The position numbers and the translations under genes are program-made. The notes beneath the pieces are model-generated. The model did no database searches. It was not told the origin of the DNA and saw only the letters and a list, made by a program, of their open reading frames with translations. A stretch of DNA of 60,965 nucleotides, counting the filler, from Sphacelaria rigidula (lineage: Eukaryota): NCBI GenBank assembly GCA_964200075.2. It is 6 parts of 6 records of this genome, joined end to end, with 100 filler letters (N's around TTAATTAATTAA, not from the genome) between each part and the next. Parts side by side here need not be neighbours in the genome. Positions count along the whole stretch, not along the records: positions 50,890 to 60,965 come from CAXNAA020007198.1; 5 more parts are not named here. One strand, written 5' to 3'. Positions within the stretch are counted from its first letter, which is position 1, and each line of letters starts with the position of its first letter. Positions 50,890-60,965 of this stretch are shown here, piece by piece.

Positions 50890-53800
50890 AGTCCCTATTC
50901 TTTCTGGCCCCCCCGATTTTTTTTTTTATGGTTTTTTCAAGTTCCCCCCCCCAAATGGGTCAATGAATCCCCCCCCCCCCCCCTTCCCTCCCCCGTCATC
51001 ACCAAAGTAGGAAACAAACAGAAACCGGGTGTCGATCGTGGCTCGAATGTATACTTGAAACATTAATGCAATCCGAGGCCAACTAATAAATAAAAAGTAA
51101 AAATGTTCGACGACGGGGCAAACTCGCACTACTGTAGCTTGAGACCTCCACCAGTTCGCAAGCTTGTCTGTCGTCGACGGATCTCACCGCAGGGGTTTTG
51201 CTCCTGAAGTGAAAGCCGGAATTCCCGTTGTTTTGTCGACCGGAAAGGGACGGCGAGGTGGGAACGTTGGTGCTCCTCGGACTCGTCCCCCCTCCTCTCC
51301 TGACGCAGAAACGTGCAATCAAACGGCAAAAACGCAACAGAGCTCCACCAGGTTTCCCAGCTGCATTGATACCGGCAGCAAACGCTTTGTTTTGGGGTTG
51401 GCATACACTTCCAACCCCTGCCTTTCCCCGGAATGAGTCTGTGGTCTCGAAGAAACCAACCCATCCGTACCTCGGTACACGCCTTGCAATTTGCTATGGC
51501 GGGTTGGATCATGACCAACACTCCCGCACCGGGTCGACTACTGTCGAATGGATCATGATTTCACTGCTGCTACGCCCCCCCGATATCAACAAAGAACATG
51601 ATTGCTTTTTCAGGAAAAAGCGCAAACGCATGTGCGGGGCAGGGAACCCGCAATTCCCCGATCCAATAATGGTGTGGGTTGAATCATTACAGGCGACCAC
51701 CGGGCCCCGGAGGCAACATGGTGTGATGGGATTTTGTACCGTACGCTCGCCTTCCATCATCGACGAAATGAGACATAGCTTTTACGCCTCTGCTCATACG
51801 CGGTTGGTAGGAGCAACGAGAAAACTCGCATGGAATTGGCGGTCCAACGCGCGGTCATACGAACCGAACGGACGACACGTCCGAAACCTTCATTTCAGTT
51901 TTCTGGACGCGCGTTGAGGAAACAACCCATAGAGTCGAAAGCCATTACCCCAGGCTCGACGAGCGACAAAAAGGGGGGGGTAAGAACTGGGCTAGTCGTG
52001 AAATGTACAACTCCTGGGCACACCATAACTCCTTCAGGTTCGCCGAATAAGCCCGATTCAAGCATATCGCTGTGATCTGCGGATCAATCTGGTGATGCAC
52101 GGCTCCGCCGCTGCTCGGTAGGCGCAGTTTTGGCTGACGTTATCAGAGAGTTACGCAAAATGGCTTTTCGCCTTAAAGTTAAATGGCTTTTCGCCTTAAA
52201 GTTAGAGTGGAAGAACTATCAAGGGTGAAATTGCGTTGTCATCCCATCTATCCTGGATGCCAGCCTAAACTTGAAGGTTCAGAGTGTGTCCCCGTTCGAT
52301 CTATCCTGGACGTCAGTCTACACCTAGTGTAGACTGGGATCCCAGATAGATGGAATGACGGCACACACTCTGAACCTTGATTTTTTTCCACTCTAAACTT
52401 CTTCCACTCTAACTCTGAGGAAGAAGCCATTTTCCGAAACTCTCCATTGCACAGTATCGAGTACCGGGTACGTCTCACATCATGGCGTGATCGCGTGTTC
52501 TGAGTTTTTTTTTCTTCTATAAAACGCTGCGAAGTATGTATGACACCTTTGGCATACACGGTCAGGAGTGAACCAGAAATGCTGCGAGATTGCATCAAGT
52601 TCGTCCGCAGTTCCACCATGGGAGAGGACATTCAAGGCGATCGTCAAAAACAAGGAGCACAGGCACAAACATCCAACTCAGACCGAGTTGCAACGCTTAC
52701 CCCGGAGTTAATCCCCGATGGTAACCGGCGTTTCTCGCAGTTTAGGGGGGAAATCTGCCGGATTATGGGGGAAATGTGGTTGTTTCGGGATTCTAACTTA
52801 TGAGCTGTATAAATGGGAGATCCTCCAATCGTTGGACCACCGGGGCGCAGCGGTATCACACAAAAAGTTCCACGTGCGGCACAATTTAGGATGTCATGGC
52901 CGAAATTGTACCAGGATCTTCTGCGCGCAAGTACAAAAGTTGTGCTTCGGGACGCGGTCGTTTTTCTTCTGATTTTTTATGGTGTCACGACATTCTTTAG
53001 TTTTTTGCAAAGATATCAAATCGCTCGAATTTTGTTTTTGCTTCGTTTTTCGTATCCCCCCAAATGTTTCGCCCTATGAAAAATAAAAATGTCATGCCAA
53101 AGTTTTAGCGCGTAACTCTCCAAACTTATGCCGCGCGTCATCCATCACCCGAAAAAAACAAATTTTGGCTGACCCAGCGCGTGTATTCAACCATGAATGC
53201 CGGTGAAAGAGACATTATTTCGGAGCACTTTTCCCAACCAACCATTGACGGCCCAGTTGAGCGACCCCAAGATTTTCGAAAGCGAATGCCGTTAATGGAT
53301 GGTCTTCAAAATTTGAGAAAAATAACGTCATTTCCAGCGCTTCAAGCGACATTTAGATTGAATATCTGTGCGCACTACGAATCTCCTCGTGAACCGGATG
53401 CTCATTATACTAATCCTATCGCGCTTTAGTAGACAGGTAGCTTCAAGAAACGGTGTTTTCCTACCAGCGAACTTCTTTTGGTAGTGTAGAATATCTAGCC
53501 AACTAGAACAACGTTCCGGAAACCCGTCATCACTCTCTCGGCGTAATGGAGTTTTCCTGTAATTGCGTGAAGAGACGGGATCCGAGATTGTTGAATTGAA
53601 AAGATGTTGACGCTCACAAAAACTTACGCTGACAAATATATATATATATATATTGGGGGGGGGGTCCAAAACTGCCATATATATATATTTAGTATAATAT
53701 CAGGGTGATTCTGCCGCTAGATCGGGTGTGCGACGTAAAAACACCCTCAAAACGATGCAACAGTGATTGAGAGATGGTCGGCACACAGTTGAAACACAGT

Positions 53801-56689
53801 TTCCACACGACCGAAGCTTGCTTGCTCAAGCAACCGAACTGCTGAGTGCGACTTGCTTGATGTCCCCATGGGCCAACTTGCCGCTGTTTACTGGCATCGA
53901 GGAGCTCGTGGATCAAGACGCGTTCCTCACTTTCCTTCAGAATATTTCTGTTTACCTTCTCAGCAGTGCCTCCAGCAACGGACATCGTGAACAGACCATA
54001 CGAAGACAGGTTACCGCATATTCAACTTTTCGAACTCTGAGTGCCTCTGCTTCGGATACTGCTCTGGGGACACGTTGGGTGTCATATTGTTGAAAAAAAC
54101 GATTTTGACAGTCTCGCTGAATGACTTCAAAAACGATGAAAAAAATCGTAAAAAAAACAGAAGCGGGAGTTATTGAGCAGCACATCCAAATATCTCTTAT
54201 ATTTCGGAACAGAGTGTCACATATATATATATATATATATATATTAAGTCGTGAGTGTTGAGCCTCTGCAAAAGATCATGACACGAACTCGTCGAACGTT
54301 TTTCGGTCCGTATTTTGCTCTGCTGGACCCACCCAGCCTGTACAGCACTGACCTTGCTTCGCTGAGGATAGCAGTGGACTCGTTTTCCCAGGCCTCCGCG
54401 AACACTCTGATGAAACTTTCCAGCTGTTTCCATCGTCCCAACGACGAGCTGGCTTGTAGAATCGGCACCTGCTGCACCAGCAGAGTGTCGTACCCTGCCC
54501 ACAGCATGTACCTGGACAACAGAACAACAGACATGCGAACACGGGATCAGAAAAAACCACACCCAAGGACATGGCGCTATCCTCAGGATTTTCCCCCGTC
54601 GATATTGTCAGCAACAATGGTGCCTGACCGATTTCTAGACAGCCATCGTCAACTAGGACGTGGTGTGATTCTCAGCGTTTTCTTCTCCTCGATTGCAGCC
54701 ATGTCAGCAACAGTGGTACTTGAACATTTTTTCAACAGTCATCGTCACCGACATACTATAACAACAGCAAAGCAAAACCCAACCGGAGTAAAGCAAATCA
54801 CTGTTCAAGAGAAGGAATCGTCTTTGATTGCTCGGCATTTTGCGAATGCTCAACCCTGCCGAGATTCTCTCTCAAAAGCATGCACAAAACTCCGTTTTGA
54901 AAATCAGTATAAACATCCTTCAGTACAACCTTTGGTACGTCTATTACGCGATCGCAGCTGAATCCCTCGCAGAGGAGGCGACCTTAAGCTTCGGGCGAAA
55001 ATCTAAGGTTGGCTTCTTCGAATTAACTAACCGTGACACTAATGCTAACCCCAACCCCGACCCAATACGTGCGAGAACCGTTGGGCAAGGATAGTGCAAA
55101 GGTCTTCCTAGGCAGAATGTGCCTTGGCAGACCTAAAATCGACGCCGCCGGCACCGATTTGGACGAAAATACGCTCTGGGCGAGCTGGGTGAACTGCTCA
55201 CATGCCCCACACCATATTTTTTCCCCAGAACTTTCTTCGCTCTAAAATCAAGTACTTGTAGTCATCGTTTCAACCAAAGATTTTCGCCCAAAGCTGAAGC
55301 TTTACTGACACGGAGAGCTCTTACATGTGCGATAATCGATCGATCGACCAGTCAGTGATAATGATGTGCAACACTTCATCATGACAGTACCATCATCATA
55401 CCACAAAACAACCATGACTGACACACGACGAAGACTTTGACGACAAAGACATTTGCGTTGATCGCTCAGCACGTGCAATCGCTAAAATCGTTCCGGAAAA
55501 AGGATCAAAAGAAAAGAAAAAAGAAAGACTTCACGAAGGCCATTACGAAGTCGGCCCATAGTATTTTCAGTAGGCTTCACTGTTATGCTCACCTCGCCAG
55601 CTCTGCGGGTCTGATTCCCACCCAGCCTTCCAGGAGCGGATCGTATGTGGCCCATTGGTTCAGCCCCCGAACTAAAGCGTTCACCGGAAGCATCAGCACA
55701 TGTCTCTTGCCTCCGGTGCTGTTTCAGAAGAGGAGCAAAAAATCAAAAGACACCCCCACAAAAAACATGCACACAAAAGTGTTGAGAAGACATGGAGAGC
55801 ACGCTCCCGAAGTTCCAGGGGTTCCGAAAATTCCGATCCCCCGGAAAACACCCACTAGACGTCATCCTCCATCGCCATAAGGTCGCTAGCTGTCTGGTCC
55901 CACACGACAGGCTCGTTGTCTCTACACTCTACACTGAGTAGCATGTGCGTCTACTCCAAACTACATTCGCGAGCTCAGACTCGACGGGCAAAACACGGAC
56001 AAACCCTTCCCCCCTGTAGTCATTGCTCCGTGGGAGTGCGTGTTGTGGAAATGTCTACATGTCTTCTGTTTGTCCACGATCAATGTTCAGTGGCACTGCT
56101 ATACGTGGTGGGACCATGTGTAATCGGTGTGGTTGGTGTCGGTTGGCATGTAACGTATGCGGAGGAATATTTGTTGATAAAACTCGTTATCGACGAGTAA
56201 TTAGGTATCTCTCTTTGTGACCTCTCCGGGTATTATATGTACCGTAGCTATCCTTACTATATCCTGGATATTATCATCGTTCTGCCTAGACTACCGCCAG
56301 TCTATATGTTTGTGTATGTTCGTGTTGGCCGCAAGCGTCGTGTTTACAATATCGAAGCAACTTATTTTGCACTGAGATACTGCCGTATTTCTGGAGCTCC
56401 AAGCTCCCCGAGCTATAACTTCGACCAACGTCGGTGAGCGTCAGCCTCTGCCACTATCTGCGTGAGAACACATCACGATTTCCATGATGGGTTATGACCC
56501 TCTAGGTTTCTCGCGTGGCGCTGGTATACTTCGGGGAGCGACGTCTTCAGCAACCCCGGATCGCGATTTACGACGGTATCTGCTTTCGAACTGCTGTTCA
56601 TGGGAGATTGGATTATTTCGGAGATTGGATTATTTCGGAGATTCTGGCAGGAGGTCTACATCGAGTCAACCTGCTTGTTTTTTGTTTTC

Positions 56690-56922
56690 TCATCTATTCT
56701 GGACACCGGTTTACACGTTTCGGCATATGTGGGCACACCAACCGGGGTCACACAGGAGGAAGACCAACACAGGAGTTTCGTTTTGTTTTCATTATCCACC
56801 TTCCTTCTGCGGTGTTTGTCTCTTATTTTTTGTCGCGAGAGGGGTTCAGCATTCCCTCTCCCTCGTCGACCATTCAGTCGAATTTCGTGTACCCACGACA
56901 TAGTCGCTCCCCACTGTTGGGC
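56690..56922 (-). mobile_element. 5'-truncated copy of the tRNA-derived SINE
   Basis: Body matches 13370-13602; the tRNA head is missing. Confidence 0.85.
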
Positions 56923-59658
56923 ACTGATAGAGAAAGAATATCAGGTCGCCTTCGAAATAGCATACTATAGCCTTTCGAGTCTATGCTCATATGATTCAAT
57001 AGAAACGCTGCTCGAGGCACCCATTTAGCGCCCTCTCTTGATCCGGGTCGAGGACGAGGGGCAAACAAAATGAACGACCAGTACAAGAGCCGCCCACACC
57101 GCACAGAGAATATCTGCACTTGCAAATAAACCGAAACACACACATGGTAGCACATGTGAGCGTAGGCATACGTAAAGACGATACATACCTGGCTTCCTGA
57201 AAGGCGCGTATACCATGCCGAGGCCCGCTGGCGTCCTGAGCTGAAAGCAACGCATCCGCGTGCTGCTCCCGGTAACAGTAGATCAGTTGACCACCCGCAG
57301 GCGGGAGAGGGCAAAGGACAGAGGGAGGGGGGGGGAGGGTGGTAAGCTGTCATTTGAAAAACGCAAGGGGGGCTTCATCGCCGTGGGAGAAGCTATAGAG
57401 TCTCGCAGCATTCAAGCGATTCGGGCGCCGAGCGACCTTTTTAGGAACTATATCACCGGCTGACCTTCACTGCTGGAAATCTCACGCAGATCCTGTAGCA
57501 GAGCAGCTCCATTCATCTCTGTTCATGAGCACCATCCCCGATGAACACCATGCTGTATTTTTCATGCCCCCTGCTCAACCTTTGGCCCATGTGAATAATT
57601 GTCTCACCTTAGCTTATGTATTTTCAACATGGATTTCTCATGTTTCATCTAGGGTTAGCCTGCGGGGATCGGCGCCTGAGGGTTCGAGGGTGCTACAGTC
57701 CCCGATCCGCCACGAGTATTTTTCGCACCAGTATGAACCATAGCTTCGGTAACCCCTTTTTCACATGACACATCGATTTGAACTCAGCTCGTTTCACTAT
57801 ACATACATTCTTTTTTTGCACCTAATTCCAATGTTGTTAGAATAAGAATATATATGTTGTTGCGGAACTTACGCCTGTATGTACCGTTGTTGTCGTCTTC
57901 TTAACCATTAGACGGCGACCCCCCCCCGCTGGTAGACTGAGGTAGAGACTCTCCACTTTTTGGGTTCAGAATCATTCTTTTGTCACAACTCAAAACGCCG
58001 ACTCTACGGCGGAAGGGACCGGGAGTGCATAAGAGGCACATAGTTGTGAGAGTCATAACACAGGCGGTGGTGGGGCTGTTCACCACCTGATTATTACGCC
58101 TCATATTTTTACTGTGCAGTCTGTAGTGTATCGTGCCACGGCTGCATGTGCGGTCTGCAGCGTACTGGATCTTGCAGTGTTGAACGTGCCGAGTGTACGC
58201 AGCATNNNNNNNNNGATATCGCACCATGACTACCGCCGCGAACTCCCCTGACTACCGTAGAGCAATTTCTCGGCGATGGTGGTCGCCTCACCGTCGAAGT
58301 ACTTGTCTACATCTACGTGCGTAGAATACTCGTGGCCGCCGCTCGCGTGTTGTGCCATGACGTTCTATGCCAGATGGAGATGTGGAGCTAGTAGGACGCT
58401 CAGGCGGTACTGAAACGACAGGCACAGTGTACCGAAGATGCCCAAACACCTGCTTTTTGGTTATATACTCGATGGTTGATTTGGCATGATCAGAATGAGA
58501 TTTGAGGGTAAATGGCGAATGTGTCTACCAGCTGTTATCCTCTACCGGAACAAAAGTGCTCATTTTGACGACCGTGATTGGTCAGAATGGTCATCCCGCG
58601 CCACTCGGGCATCCGCGAGAAACTTCCAAAAACACATGGTTGACTCCGTGAGCTTCTCCGATGCCTCGCGGAGAGACACCCCCCCCCTTCAAAAACCACC
58701 CCCCTCGAGCCCTGGAAACCCCCGGATGTCTCGGGACTGTCAGCCTGTACAACTGTTCCGATGCGATGCTCGTCATCTGAGGGTTGAAATGTGCAGTACC
58801 TGAAAACCAGTCACGGAAAGAGATATAGCTAAAGCTGACACTTCTGTTGCTACTGCCGCCGCTACTGCTGGCTGCTACAAGACAGCGTGAAATGCGATTG
58901 CCTTGACCCGAGGAAGACGCTCCAAAACTCGCTGATTTAGATAAACGACAAAAAGAGCGATGAAATCGATCGCTAGGCCGCACAAAAACATCAACTCTGC
59001 CTACAAGTAGCTTGGACAGTCGGCAGCAGCACACCTCATATAAACCGTCTCTGAGTGGAACCGGACCCACCTCAACTGGATGAAAGTTCAGATCCGCAGA
59101 CCCCGAAATTGTTCCACCATGCGCCAGCACCTCGATGCTCGAGCACCTGCCCAGCTCTTTAGGGGGGACCATCATTGCATCGAGCTATATATACAGCGTC
59201 AATCGTGCGCCCCAAATTAGACACGTGCACAAACAAACACACAGTCAAGGAAATGGGGACGGTGGCACAACAGTGGGTCCAGGTGAAGTACCCACACAAT
59301 GATTTTGGTTGAATGATAATCGCACTTTAACTGACCACCCATGGGTCCAGCCGTGGTCGCAATGTTCCCATTACACGCAGAAAAGTAGTTGCACACATTA
59401 TACGGTTTAAACGTCATCAACGGACCCACAGGTGTTTGTCGGGGATTTTTTTTCAGCACCCATTTTAACTCGCCGAAAACTTCAAACTTTGCCATTGCCG
59501 CAAAAAAAACGATGTAATATTCTGTCCGTTCCGTACGTGGACGTCCATTTTCATCGAAATTTCGCAATGGTTTCCATCTGGATCATACATACTTTACTCA
59601 CGTGTAATTGATCCCGATTGAACCTGTGACCTACTCTCGTCCGTCGCCCAAGGGTTAA

Positions 59659-60408
59659 CCCTCTGACCGCGAGGGTAGGTCACCTGCTGAATCGGCACAA
59701 AGAACCACTTGAAGAAAGTATGCATGATCCAGATGGACCACCCGCATCGCGGTGTAAGAATTAACTGATCAGCAGAATGTACCACTTGGTCGACATTTGA
59801 TTTTACTGTGGTGTAAAATCCACATCTTTCAGGGGGGGCGGGGTGCTGTGCCAGTAAACTAACCTCTACACCAATACATATACCGTTGGATGCCATTCTT
59901 TTTTGTTTGCCCGGTTCACAATGGCGGAACCGAGTAACGGAAAAATGGATCCATGATTGGCCGCACACGGATTCCCAGTTCCAATAATACCCAGAAAAGG
60001 AGTAATTCTACGGTAGGGGTGCACAAATACTTTATGAGGTTAGAAGTGTTAGGAGCACGCCATCTCATCCAAAATAGGATTACTATTCCAATGTGCTACT
60101 GTAGGGATGTCCCGACCCATATTATTGTGCATCTAGAATCGTTAACCCTTCGACCGCGAGGGTTGGTCACCTGCTGAATCGACATCAATTTTCCCCTGAG
60201 AAAAGTATGCATGGTCCAGATGGATTGCCCTCGCGGTCTAGGGGTCAAGAGCCCCTGAACCGGACAAGATTTTGCGCAAAACTTTACACACCTACCGTAG
60301 CATTGCTCAACCCTCAGACCGCGAGATTAGTCTTTCTGGATCATGCACACTTTTCTTCACTTAAAATTGATGCCGATTCAACAGAAGACTAACCTCGCGG
60401 TCTAAGGG
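59659..60408. mobile_element. Three ~100-bp piggyBac-like MITEs (59659-59760, 60146-60244, 60311-60408)
   Basis: ccct..gaccgcgag / ctcgcggtcta.ggg TIRs; TTAA or near-TTAA flanks; third copy inverted. Confidence 0.7.
60008..60303. mobile_element. Copy of the 25613-25879 MITE family hosting a nested piggyBac-like MITE
   Basis: ctacggtaggggtgcacaaata...acacctaccgtagcat. Confidence 0.65.
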
Positions 60409-60965
60409 TTGAAGGGTAAACATATGTACCGTGCATTCTGATAGGTGATGAAGTAAAACGTTTCTTTTGCGGCACTAAACCCCGACAAAAGCCAATGTCC
60501 AGTGTGACGCCGATTTTTACCAGCTGTGCAGTCACGTGAATCCCCTCTTTCTTCCAGTAGTGGCAACCATGTTCCCCCATTTGATTCGAGTGTACGTACC
60601 CTCCAAACATACATGCCGATTAACTCACTTCCATATGTTACCCCGCCTCCCTTGGTTCATGGTCAAATGACCAAGGGTTGCATCGAAGAAGTACGCGACA
60701 TGGCCCACGCCCCTCTCAACATTATTTTCAGATCCACTAGTGCGCTAGCACCGCACATTCAAATATCTCCTCCCCTTCCCTCGTGAAAAGTACATGAGCA
60801 TACTCCATGATGAACCAAATAAAAAAAACTACTGTATACCCATGTACCCACTTTCTTGGGATCTCTCTGGGAGAGAGGAAGGGTCCTAGGTATCCCCCCC
60901 CCCATGGTCCGGCGAGAACCCGGCGTGCTCCGTCCCGGCTTTGTAGGGGCGGACCCCCGATGGGG

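Noticed and set aside
51228-51917. 229-aa ORF (likewise 54251-54961 and 58591-59175)
   Set aside because: No recognisable motif or supported exon structure; consistent with chance ORFs in ~50% GC DNA.

Overview
Eukaryotic, intron-rich, transposon-dense DNA, most likely from a brown alga or related stramenopile (inferred from the Cys-rich exon modules, TPAPT linkers and repeat content). The window is not one locus. It is six unrelated contigs of 10078, 10078, 10078, 10078, 10077 and 10076 bp (1-10078, 10179-20256, 20357-30434, 30535-40612, 40713-50789, 50890-60965) joined by artificial 100-nt spacers (N44-TTAATTAATTAA-N44). Host coding content is small. Contig 2 carries part of a modular, probably extracellular protein gene built only from symmetric phase-1 exons: three 10-Cys domain exons and two Pro/Thr/Ala linker micro-exons. 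This is the most interesting signal in the window. Contig 5 carries the last two exons of a KP-43-like S8 subtilase. The rest is decayed Ty3/Gypsy and Ty1/Copia pieces, a tRNA-derived SINE family, a LINE-type 3'-end family, many MITEs with recognisable TIRs and TSDs, and satellites. Contig 3 is a near-perfect palindrome with 3165-bp arms, which may be real or an artefact. No CRISPR array, rRNA or genuine tRNA gene is supported.
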